Shown here: positions 9,355-19,000 of the stretch, in pieces | How positions within the stretch are numbered: the stretch's first letter is position 1 | How the letters are laid out: every line of letters begins with the position of its first letter | Source: a virus | Lineage: Duplodnaviria > Caudoviricetes | Reading direction: 5' to 3' (one strand) | Length of the DNA stretch: 29,782 nt | IMG/VR virus record: IMGVR_UViG_3300016484_000161 | Coordinates: 1-29,782 of that record | The notes under the pieces: generated by a model | The model's input: only the letters and a program-made list of their open reading frames with translations | The model's database searches: none | What the model was told of the DNA's origin: nothing | Made by a program: the position numbers and the translations under genes

Positions 9355-9788
9355 GCCAAGCACTTGATCGGGGCGAGTTCGTCACGAACTTCGGCCCCGT
9401 CCTCTCGGGGCTCATCGAGTCTGGAGAAGTAGACCCGGGCACACAAACCATCATCGAGTACACCACAGACGACCTTTATGGTCGTCGGTGTCAGATCCCC
9501 GAGGGGACCATCGCTCAAACGTACGTACATCGTACGGACCACATTTCTATCTGCCTTCAAGGAACCGTCGTACTGATTGATCAGGACGGAGTTCGAACCA
9601 AAGTAACCGCCCCAGACGTCTTTGTTACAAGCAAGGGCACGCAGCGAGTTTTACTCGCTGTTACCGACGTCGACTTCATCACGGTCCATTACCATCCTAA
9701 TGCCGATTTGTCCAACATCGAGAATGACTTAGGGTGCCGGTCTATGGCAGAATACAACCATCTAATTTCTCATGAGGTAGAGCCATGA
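9351..9788 (+). CDS. Cupin-fold (RmlC-like) protein
   Basis: GTGA-coupled start. RRCQIPEGT....VHRTDHISICLQG...TAP..FV...GTQR....TD..FITVH fits a two-motif cupin barrel. Confidence 0.62.
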   Translation: MSQALDRGEFVTNFGPVLSGLIESGEVDPGTQTIIEYTTDDLYGRRCQIPEGTIAQTYVHRTDHISICLQGTVVLIDQDGVRTKVTAPDVFVTSKGTQRVLLAVTDVDFITVHYHPNADLSNIENDLGCRSMAEYNHLISHEVEP

Positions 9789-10669
9789 GTCTCATCTTCG
9801 TTCTTGGCAATATTGGCGGCGCTTTGGCATCGGCAATTCTCCCAGCTTCTATCGGCGGTGGGGCAGCGGGAGCTGGTGCTACGGCCCTTGGGATTGGTAC
9901 GGGCACAGGGGTTGGAGCAGGAACAGCCAGCGCAGTTGGAACTGGAGCTTCTACTATTGGCGCAGCTTCTCTACCTGCCGGAGCTACGGGTGCAGCGGCT
10001 CTTGGGGCTGCCCCTACTGGAACAGTTGCGTCTGGCTTGTTTGGTGGTACGTCGTTAGCAGGTATGGCTGGCGCCCCCACAGGTATCGCAGCGGGAGCAG
10101 GACAAATTGGAGCAGCTGGGTCACAGTTGGCAGCTGGGGAAATGGCTGCGGCAAAAGCAGCTGGAGAAATTGCGGCTACTGGAAGTTCAGGCTCTGGTGG
10201 TGTTGCTCCGGGTTCATTCATTAATGCCATGGGTGGTGGCCCGGGCGGCGGGGCTCCAGCAGCTACTCCAGTAGGGTCTCCTTCTGTGTCCCTTCCGTCG
10301 GGAGTTGCAAAGGGGGCTGCAAAAGGAGCAATAACCGGGAGCGAACTTGGCGATATGACGGCCTTATCTCTCGGCACTACAGGAATAGGTAAAGGTGTTG
10401 AAGCCAAGCAGCAAGCTGATGTGACTACTGCACAGAACAAAGGGTACCGAAAGCTGTCTGCGGAGCAGGCAGGTGAAAGTGCGGAGGCTCTCAAGGATGT
10501 GCGGAACACGCTAGGTGGCGGCCTAATGCTCGCTGAAGGTGGTGGAGTTAATCTCCAGTCTGGCCAGTTCGTTATCCCGGCGGACATTGTCAGCGATCTT
10601 GGTAATGGCGACACCAAAGCGGGTATGGAGTTCCTGAGGCAATTCTTCGAGACGGGTGGTCATGCTTGA
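9785..10669 (+). CDS. Gly/Ala-rich putative internal virion (pilot/ejection) protein
   Basis: GAGGT SD and ATGA overlap; long Gly/Ala/Thr tract with hydrophobic N-terminus; C-terminal LAEGG...GQFVIPADIVSDLGNG domain. Confidence 0.62.
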   Translation: MSLIFVLGNIGGALASAILPASIGGGAAGAGATALGIGTGTGVGAGTASAVGTGASTIGAASLPAGATGAAALGAAPTGTVASGLFGGTSLAGMAGAPTGIAAGAGQIGAAGSQLAAGEMAAAKAAGEIAATGSSGSGGVAPGSFINAMGGGPGGGAPAATPVGSPSVSLPSGVAKGAAKGAITGSELGDMTALSLGTTGIGKGVEAKQQADVTTAQNKGYRKLSAEQAGESAEALKDVRNTLGGGLMLAEGGGVNLQSGQFVIPADIVSDLGNGDTKAGMEFLRQFFETGGHA

Positions 10670-11075
10670 CGTTGGTCTTGTCAGCATAGGCGCGGTCCAC
10701 GAATGGTGGGACCAAGCGGAGCCATACATTGAAGGTTCATGCCGAGAAGCGAATACCGACCTCACTCCGCTTGAGGTCAAGGTCAAAGTTTTAAGCGGTG
10801 AATGGACGCTCATTGTGGTCTTCGACGAAGACACACATCACATTGAAGGCGCCGTTGTCGTTCATGTCTATAACAGGCTGACCGATCGAGTGGCTTTCAT
10901 TACCGCTATTGGCGGGAAGTTCATCACCAACGGATATTCGTTCGAAAGACTCCGGGCGCTCCTCAAGGACATGGGAGCGACGTGCATTGAGGGAAATGTC
11001 CGAGACTCAGTGCTCAAGCTGCTAGGCAAGCTGGGCTTTGTAAAGAAATCAACCACGATTACCTACACTCCGTAG
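10656..11075 (+). CDS. Putative GNAT-like protein (positional analogue of P22 gp14 / T7 gp13); start may be ATG 10662
   Basis: 139-aa alpha/beta pattern: GAVVV...AFITAIGGK...L...GATCIEGNVR..V.KLL.KLGF; located among the internal virion genes. Confidence 0.55.
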   Translation: MVMLDVGLVSIGAVHEWWDQAEPYIEGSCREANTDLTPLEVKVKVLSGEWTLIVVFDEDTHHIEGAVVVHVYNRLTDRVAFITAIGGKFITNGYSFERLRALLKDMGATCIEGNVRDSVLKLLGKLGFVKKSTTITYTP

Positions 11076-11083
11076 AGGTTACT

Positions 11084-12931
11084 ATGGGCAGTCCTTCTCC
11101 AGCGTCCCCGGTTACGCAAACAACCCAAATCTCCCAGATGGATCCAAGGCTGTACCAGTGGCTTTACGGTACGGCAAACTCTCCGGGACGACAGCAGATT
11201 GCTAACGCAGCAATGTTGGGTAAGACCATGCAGGGTGTGCAGAACGCTAATCCTACGGCACTCGCAGCTTATTACAACGTGCCTAGGGGCACGGACTTAT
11301 CTCAGTTTCAGTCCCATGTTGGCGCGATGAACCCCGGGCAGGCAGATCCGAGCCTGATGAAATTTCCCGGTCAAGCTGTAACGCCTAAACAGTATTACCA
11401 AGAAGCGACAGCGGGAGAAAGCAGTGGCAAAAAAGAGCCTGAGGCTACAGCTGCTGAAGGCGGAGAAATTGAAGGCTACAAAAAAGGCGCGCGCCTAGCC
11501 CGCCCCGCAGCGGACGTAAACACGTCTGGGTTGAATGCCTCTCAGCAGAAACAATGGGACAAGTTAGAAGCCCTGAGAAACTCTGGCAACCCAATGTCTC
11601 AGCAGCAGATTAAATCCTATAACGACCTCCAGTCAGCGAGGAGCTCCTACGCACAGGCAAACCCATCTGCTGCTTCTAGTAAGTCGGACCTATCGCTTCA
11701 TGACGCTCAAGTAGGTGTCACGCCGTTCTTTGATCCTGATCCTAAGACCATGCGATCGACCAACCCTTACTACAATAAGGCTATTGACGTACTGCAGGGT
11801 ATGGGACAGATGCCGAGTGAGTATGGTCAGGCCTCGGACATCTATAATAAGGCTGCGCAAGGTCTTTTGGGGCAGACAAATTACCAACCACAGCAAGTGT
11901 CTGCTCAAAATATTTCCCCTGAAAGGTTGACTGCCGCTGGATACAGCGCCGCCGACATGCAAGCGCCAGAAGATATTCAGGCCTTAGGCTACGACGCTGC
12001 CCAAATGCAAGGAGCACAAATGCGTGGTCCCCAGCAGTGGACGTCTCGTACTGCTTCGCAGTACATGGATCCCTATGCTCAGTCTGTAATTGACCAAGAC
12101 ATTTTTGAATCTAACCGTAATTTTAGGCAAAATTTAAACACGTTACGTGGAGGAGCTGCTAGAGCAGGAGCTTTCGGAGGGTCAAGGAGCACCTTACAAG
12201 GCACTGAAGCTCTTCGTAATCAGGGCTACACGTTGGAAGACATTCAAAATAAGGGCATGTCTCAAGCGTACAATCAGGCGCTTCAGCAGTTTAATACAGC
12301 TCAGGGCCAAGGTCTTCAGGCAGGGCAGGCTAACCTTCAGGCGGCCTTAACGACGCAGCAAGCTAATCAAGCCGCGCAAAATGCGCAGATGCAGCAGTAC
12401 GTACAAAATGCGTTAGCTGCGGCAACAACTAACTACGGCGGGCAACTTACTGCGGCCCAGCAAAACCAAATTGCTCAAAACGCGGCTAATCAGTTTAATG
12501 CCCAATCCCAGAACCAGATTGGTCTTGCTAACCAACAAACGAACCTAGCGGCGCAGCAAGCTAACCAACAAGCAAATTTGAATGCGGGAATTCAAAACCA
12601 GCAGGCTGGACTAACTGCACAGGGATTGAACTTGCAGGCGTACAACCAAGCTGGAAACATGGGTCAGGGCCTACTCGGCGTCGGCCAAGGCATCGGAGCT
12701 TACAACCAGAATCTTTTACAGAACTGGGGAGCCGCAGGAAACACTCTGCAGAACCTTGCCCAAGGGTACTATGATAAGCGTCAGCAGAGCGCCCAGAATC
12801 TATGGGGCGGTGTTAACACCGCGACGCAGCCGGCGACGGGCACGCTGCTCGGATCTCCGTGGGGTACGTCAATGCAGGGTAATTACACCACTCAGCGTAA
12901 GAAGGGTGGCAAGCTGAGTATCAAAGTATGA
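11084..12931 (+). CDS. Gln/Asn/Ala-rich DNA ejection (pilot-like) protein
   Basis: GAGGT SD; YMDPY.Q.VI...AGAFGGSR motif; ten 11-residue Q/N-rich repeats. Confidence 0.68.
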   Translation: MGSPSPASPVTQTTQISQMDPRLYQWLYGTANSPGRQQIANAAMLGKTMQGVQNANPTALAAYYNVPRGTDLSQFQSHVGAMNPGQADPSLMKFPGQAVTPKQYYQEATAGESSGKKEPEATAAEGGEIEGYKKGARLARPAADVNTSGLNASQQKQWDKLEALRNSGNPMSQQQIKSYNDLQSARSSYAQANPSAASSKSDLSLHDAQVGVTPFFDPDPKTMRSTNPYYNKAIDVLQGMGQMPSEYGQASDIYNKAAQGLLGQTNYQPQQVSAQNISPERLTAAGYSAADMQAPEDIQALGYDAAQMQGAQMRGPQQWTSRTASQYMDPYAQSVIDQDIFESNRNFRQNLNTLRGGAARAGAFGGSRSTLQGTEALRNQGYTLEDIQNKGMSQAYNQALQQFNTAQGQGLQAGQANLQAALTTQQANQAAQNAQMQQYVQNALAAATTNYGGQLTAAQQNQIAQNAANQFNAQSQNQIGLANQQTNLAAQQANQQANLNAGIQNQQAGLTAQGLNLQAYNQAGNMGQGLLGVGQGIGAYNQNLLQNWGAAGNTLQNLAQGYYDKRQQSAQNLWGGVNTATQPATGTLLGSPWGTSMQGNYTTQRKKGGKLSIKV

Positions 12932-15900
12932 GAAACCCAGTCCAGAAAATGTTAAAAGCCGCGAGCCAGATGAAGAACAATCCTCAGCTGGCTCAACGTG
13001 AAGCGCAGAGCCCGAACAAGGTCAATGCAATCGCCGCACAGATGGTCATCCCGGAGCAGCAGGCCATGCAGAATTCGAAACCTATCCCTCACCCTGTCGG
13101 TTCAGTCCTCATGCAGAAGCTCGCGCAAGCGCAGCAGGCGGCTTTGGCAGCCAAGATGCCCCAGCCCAGTGAAGGCGGTATCGCTCAGATGGCCGCCAAG
13201 GGTGGCGTGTTGAAGTACGTTGGTGGTGGGTACACCGGCACGATGGCGGATGTTAAAAAGGTTAGAAATAAAGCAAGAGCTGAATATCAAGCGCAACCGA
13301 CAAGAAAAGAACAAATAGCTAAGGCTACTGAGGTAACACCAACTAAGCTTGGCGATTTACCCGGTATGGAAGAATTTCAAACCGAAGCTAAGACTGGCAT
13401 AGCACAGGGTATTGAATCGCGTAACAAAGCTGCGGCCGCAGCTGCCAAGGCAAAGACAAAAAGCCAAAAGGTAAGTCAGGCTAAAACTGCAAAGATGGCC
13501 GCTAACTTTGAAACAGCGGTCGAGAATATGGGGCCCAAACCTAAGCCAAAACAAAAAGTAGGTAGAAAGGCTAAAACGGCTAAAGCTCCTGAACCTACTA
13601 ACACCGCAGAGAAGCTAATAGCTGAGCTAGGCTCTCCCTACGAAGAAGCTAAAACTGCGCGAGAGACACGCGAGGCATACGATGCAGAGGCAAATAGGCG
13701 CGCTGGAGAAGCTACTGCGCGAGCTAATGTTAGAAAACTTGTAGAACAAGGGCAGACTCCAGCGGCTAGAATTCCGCAAGGAAGGCGCAGCATTGGTCGT
13801 GGGGCGGCTCCAGACTATCGCGCACAGGGGATCGAGCAGACAGTAAGGGCGACTAACGTGCCGGGTCCTAAGCAAGTAGCTGAAGGGCAGGCCGCAGAAG
13901 CTGAATCCACTCGTAAGGCCACGCGAGCGGCCAATAGAGAAGCAGCGACCAACGCTCTAAAAACGCAGGAAGGGCGTAATACCCTATTGGCCAAAGGTGT
14001 TAGCAAAGATGTTCCCTTGGACGTAGCTACCAGAGTTATTCAAGGCAGGTCTGATGCAGCACGTACCAAAACTCTAGAGGGCCGTAGGCAGATAGCTGAG
14101 GAGCAAGGCGAGGTCAAGAAGGGCGTCAACGCAAGGTCATCCGTCATAGGCGAGAAGGGTAGAGTAGTGCCCAGACAGCCGGAGACTCCAGAACAGAAAG
14201 CACGACGTTCTAAGGTGTCCAGCGAGCTGGGACTGCCTGAGAAAAAGGGTATTGCATCCGCGGCTTCGAAAGAGGCTAGGGAATACATGGCTGGAAAAGA
14301 GCAGCCTGCTGAACCCACCGCGGAGGAAAAACTGCCGTCTAAAAAGAAAACCGCTGACGTAACTCAAGGCGAGGCTACGGCACGTCTTCAGAAAGCCAAA
14401 GCAGAAGGGCAAGCAGCTCGTGGTGAGACTCCAGCAACGCTGCATTCAAAAGTTGAGGGCATTACGGAAGGTGCTATCCATAGCGATCCTGAGGTACACG
14501 ATGAGGTGTCACGACTTGCCTCCAGCTTTAAGGCACAAAATCCAGATGCTACCGTTGAGCAGATGGGTACGCACATTATGGACAATGCGTCAGAGGCCAC
14601 AAAAGCTAAGTTCATGGCTAAGGCCGGACCTTTGTTAGAGAAATACGGCGTCAGATTTGGTAAAGCCGTGGGATCAATAGGCGCTTATGAGTCCGCTGCA
14701 AACATCGGGAACGTAGCCATTGATCCCACGAAGTCAAAGGCGGATGTCGCAAAAGCGATGGGGCATGAAGCTGTAGAGTCTATTCCTGCTTTGACTGGAG
14801 CCGCTATTGGTGGCGGCGCTGGATCTCTTGTGGCTCCGGGACCGGGTACTATCCTCGGAGGTTTGGCTGGTGGCATCGCTGGTGCTGCAGGCGGAGCTCC
14901 TGCTGTCAGTTGGATGAAAGAAAAGCTGGGAATGGACCAAGAAGGTCCTCAGGCTACCGCGCGGCACACCATTCCTACAGTTGGTGACATAGCGAGCAAA
15001 GTTTCCGAGCAGTTCTCTGGCGATAACTGGAACAAGTCCCCGGCACAGCAGTTTAAGGACGAAGTCGCGGCCATGCCCGAGGATGAAGAAACCCTGCGTC
15101 TGGAACGTATGGGTCGTGGAGAAATGAGCCTTCCTGAGATTGCTCGAGGTACTGCAGAGCCTGCGGCTCCTCAGACTGCTCCGGGTGGTTCGTCGGGCGG
15201 CGCTCCGAGCACTGGAAAAGGAATAACGTCTTCTCCGGCCCTCAGGTCTTCAGCTACTGGCGGAGGTGGGGCTTCCACCGTTCCCGCTGGCGGAGCAGCT
15301 GCTCCGTCTGCGCCGCAGGCTCCTAGAACTGAAACGCAAGCCACTCAGGACCAGTATGCCGGAGACACAAGCGAAGGCACGCCAGAAGGCGCCGTACGCG
15401 AACTGATGAAACTCCGTGGACCCGGGTACTCCTACTCTCCAGAAGTCATGGGTATGCTGAAAGACGCCCGGGATGAGGACAGGCAGGCTACCGCGCTCAG
15501 TATGCTGGGTGCTATCGGTACGGGTCTTGCCAACCGCGATCGTTACGCAGGCGCGCATGAAGCGGGTCTTCTGGCTAATCAGGCCTTTACTTCTGGTCGT
15601 GAGCGGGAAGACGCAGCGCAGCAGCGGTTCCTGCAGGGCATCATTCATAACGAGCAAGTTCCGTTCGAACAGCGTCAAGCAGCGTACGAGATGTACACCA
15701 AGATGCAGATGGCTGCGGCTCAGAATGAGGCGCTTATGGCTCGGGCTAATCTAACCGGTATGTATGGACTCGGGAAAGCGGATATTGCAGCCCGGTCGAG
15801 AGAAGCAACACAGCGCGACCAATACGCCAAGCTATTTGTTAATTCTATGCAAAAGGACATAGGGCAGCTGCAGCGCCAGCTAGCTACAGACTTTAGCCTC

Positions 15901-16062
15901 ACCGATGAAGATAAGCAGAGGATAAATAACGAGATAGACGGCTTAAGGCAGCAAGTAGCCATGGCTAGATCAAACATGACTGACCAGTCAGATGTCCTTT
16001 CCGGCCTAGCCGGTGGTGAAACTTTAGGTCAAAATAGGCCCATCACTACCCTCAAGATGTAA
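12928..16062 (+). CDS. Large internal virion / ejection protein (1044 aa)
   Basis: ATGA-coupled; helical and Ala/Lys/Glu-rich, with a glycine-zipper-like hydrophobic stretch (GAAIGGGAGSLVAPGPGTILGGLAGGIAGAAGG). Confidence 0.65.
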   Translation: MRNPVQKMLKAASQMKNNPQLAQREAQSPNKVNAIAAQMVIPEQQAMQNSKPIPHPVGSVLMQKLAQAQQAALAAKMPQPSEGGIAQMAAKGGVLKYVGGGYTGTMADVKKVRNKARAEYQAQPTRKEQIAKATEVTPTKLGDLPGMEEFQTEAKTGIAQGIESRNKAAAAAAKAKTKSQKVSQAKTAKMAANFETAVENMGPKPKPKQKVGRKAKTAKAPEPTNTAEKLIAELGSPYEEAKTARETREAYDAEANRRAGEATARANVRKLVEQGQTPAARIPQGRRSIGRGAAPDYRAQGIEQTVRATNVPGPKQVAEGQAAEAESTRKATRAANREAATNALKTQEGRNTLLAKGVSKDVPLDVATRVIQGRSDAARTKTLEGRRQIAEEQGEVKKGVNARSSVIGEKGRVVPRQPETPEQKARRSKVSSELGLPEKKGIASAASKEAREYMAGKEQPAEPTAEEKLPSKKKTADVTQGEATARLQKAKAEGQAARGETPATLHSKVEGITEGAIHSDPEVHDEVSRLASSFKAQNPDATVEQMGTHIMDNASEATKAKFMAKAGPLLEKYGVRFGKAVGSIGAYESAANIGNVAIDPTKSKADVAKAMGHEAVESIPALTGAAIGGGAGSLVAPGPGTILGGLAGGIAGAAGGAPAVSWMKEKLGMDQEGPQATARHTIPTVGDIASKVSEQFSGDNWNKSPAQQFKDEVAAMPEDEETLRLERMGRGEMSLPEIARGTAEPAAPQTAPGGSSGGAPSTGKGITSSPALRSSATGGGGASTVPAGGAAAPSAPQAPRTETQATQDQYAGDTSEGTPEGAVRELMKLRGPGYSYSPEVMGMLKDARDEDRQATALSMLGAIGTGLANRDRYAGAHEAGLLANQAFTSGREREDAAQQRFLQGIIHNEQVPFEQRQAAYEMYTKMQMAAAQNEALMARANLTGMYGLGKADIAARSREATQRDQYAKLFVNSMQKDIGQLQRQLATDFSLTDEDKQRINNEIDGLRQQVAMARSNMTDQSDVLSGLAGGETLGQNRPITTLKM

Positions 16063-16071
16063 GGACTGAGC

Positions 16072-19000
16072 ATGGCAACTTCTACTGGTTCTAGGGCCCT
16101 TGATTTCGCTTTGGGTATCGGGGCCTATGCCCCTCAGTATGACTTGCCTGAAGAAGCTCCTCAGGAGGGCGGCATCGCGTCCGCCCTTCCTAGTCGCGGA
16201 GGTCCTCCCAGCAAAAACGCTGAAGCTTATGCTCCGCTAATCAAAGAAGCAGCTGCCCGACATAAGATACCTTATGAGCTTCTCATGGGTATTGCTCAGA
16301 CAGAATCCAGCTTCAACCCGGCTGCTATAGGACCTAAGACAAAGTATGGAACAGCCAAGGGCATGTTTCAGATGATCGACTCCACGGCTCGTCGGTACGG
16401 CGTACAAGATCAGTTTGACCCAGCTCAAGAAGCGGATGGCGCTGCGCGCTATCTCAGTGACCTAATGAAGCGTTACAACGGGAATGCCGAACTAGCCGCT
16501 GCAGCGTATAACGCTGGCGAAGGTAATGTGGACAAGTACCTCAGCGGTCGAGCGCCCCTTCCGGCTCAGACTCAGGACTATGTTCCTAAAGTTCTTGGGC
16601 ACGCAGCGCAGTTTGGCGCCTCTCCATTGGCGCAGGCTCCTCAGTCTCGTCAGCCATCTAATCCAATCGTACCTCCACCGGAGGGTATGCAAGCTGTCTG
16701 GCTGTCAAATGACACACAGCTAAATGCGCCTGCCGGGCTGACGCTGCAGCAGATCCACGAAAAGATTCAAATGAATCACCCAGAGTTGGAAAATGTTGTT
16801 CCGACTCGAATTATGCAAACCGGCGAGCAGACGTTTAACGTGCCGTATAACATGCAGGACGATGAGGCTATGCACCACCTCGTCAACCAAGGGCTCATGA
16901 AAGACCCAACGGAAGGCAAGGGCGGCCGTGGTTGGAACAATCTGGTCAGCGGTCTCGAGAGGAGCATCGGCAACGCGGCGCTGGCTATGGGCAATCCTGA
17001 GATGGCCCAGCAGTTCTATGACAAAGCCAAGGCCGGCGAGTATCAGATGTATGAGTCTGAGGTCGAGGCAGCGAAGCGCAAAGGGTTTTTACCGGGTCTC
17101 AAGGCTGAGGCCATGCAGAATCTGGTCTACCCGGGCATGGAGATGCTCGGTGAATTCGCTCCGGCTATGATACCTGTCGGCGGCGTCGCTGGCACAGCAG
17201 CCAAGATTGCGGCTATGGTTCCGTCGTCGACGGGCTCCATCATGCAGTACGCCAAGGAAAGGGGCGTCGATCTCACGCCGACAGAAGCTTTGAGAGAGGG
17301 TATCCCGCTCGCGGCGGTCAGCACCGTAGGTCTGCCTTTGAAGGGTCTTGGGTTGGGGGCTGGTGCCGTAGAGAAAGGCCTGCTCCGCAGAACCGCTGAA
17401 GCCGGGGCGACCAACTTTGCCAAGAACGTCGCTGCTATGGGCACGATGGAAGGGCTCCATAAGGAGGCCGCTGGTGAGCCTGTGCTCCCTCAGACCCCCG
17501 AAGAAATGGCTAGGCTCGCAGAGTCAGCTGCGTGGTTCGCAGGTCCTCATGCCCTGCTCGAAGGAGCAATGCCTCGTGAGCGCCCGGAGGCGCCGGAAGT
17601 CGCGCAGCGCGAACCTGTTCGGACCCCAGAAAGAGTATCTGAGGTCGTCGAGCCAGAAGTGGCCGGAGGCCCAGAGGTTGCCCCCGCTGTTAGAACCGAG
17701 CTGCAAAACATCGGTGAGATGTATGGCCGGCATGTAATGGAAGCCGAGGCTCGGGGCGAACCACCCATGAGCCCAGAAGAGTTTATGGCTCAGTACAAAC
17801 CTGAGCCCGTAGTGCAGGAAGAAATTAAAGACGAGCTCGCCCCGGGTGACATCGAGGCGGCTCCATCTTCTGCGCCTGTTCAACCCAGCCCGTTCGTGCG
17901 TAAAGCACAGGAGAGAAAGAATGCCCAGCAAGAGCCCAGCACAGGCGCGCCTGATGGCGGCAGCAGCGCACAACCCGGCTTTCGCGAAGAAGGTAGGGAT
18001 CAAGCAGTCGGTGGCCAAGGAGTGGAACCAAGCGGACAAGGGATCAAAGCTCCTGAAATCAAAGTCCCGGAAAAGAAAGTAGCAACGGGTAAGCCGCCTA
18101 CTACTGAACTCGCTCCACTGCAGGAAAGGGACTTTACGCCAGAAGAAGTTCAACAGATTCATGCGTGGCAAGATGAAGGTATCAGCCATAGAGATATTGC
18201 TAAGAAGCTCAAGATCCCCTACTTCAACTACTTGGTTAAGGCCGGCAAAGTTAGGGCCGGCGAGGGCGATCTAGGCAGTGTCATCAAACCGGGCACCATG
18301 AAAGAAGGTGAGTACGCTACTCACGCCGAGTTGGAAAAACTGCCCGAAAAAGACCAGCTCAGCTATCTGCAGCTCATGGGTAAAACCAAGGAGGAAATGG
18401 GCGAGCGGCTTAAGCTATCTGAGGAAGAAGTTACTAATAAACTCCAAGAGTATGGCTTGCCTGACACAGAAGCTGAGCTTCAACGGAAAATGTCCGAGGA
18501 GAAGAAAAAGGCAATTGAGGCTGACATTGAGCACCGCGCGCAGTTTCGTGAAGAGGAGCCTGCGCCTGTTTTGTCCGAGGGGTCCATTGATCGAGCAAGA
18601 GCAAAGAACGAAAGGAGTACGGTCGTATTCGATCGGTCATCAAAAAGGGACCTCATAAAAAGTCGGAGCACAATTAGAAGGCGGGCGGAAGCTAAAAAAG
18701 CGGGGACTATGGAAGAAGTAGTGCCCAGAGCATGGCCTGAGATTGAAGCGGATCTCACGTCTACTTTTAATGACCTACAGCGTTTACGTGAAGAAAAGGC
18801 GCCCATTACGGAGTCTCTCGAGCTTAATCAACACCTAGACTTTCTTCGCGCGGAAGCAGCGAAAGGCGGGTTCCATAACGAGCACGCTCTCTGGGAACAG
18901 AAGCAACGAGCCGCAGAAGCAGCGCCAAAGAAGAAGCTAAATATCGACGAGCAGGAAGTCGAACAACGGGAAGCGGAGGAAGAGGCCAAGAAAAAAGCGG

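Noticed and set aside
9742-10617. 291-aa antisense ORF
   Set aside because: Pro/Ala-rich mirror of the Gly/Ala-rich + strand gene; no recognisable motif.
14491-14638. GAGGT + ATG out of frame in the 1044-aa gene (second nested gene candidate)
   Set aside because: The peptide looks like frameshift noise, with no recognisable family pattern.
17524-18189. 221-aa antisense ORF across the nested-gene region (a third open frame)
   Set aside because: No protein-like motif; most simply a shadow of the two constrained + frames.
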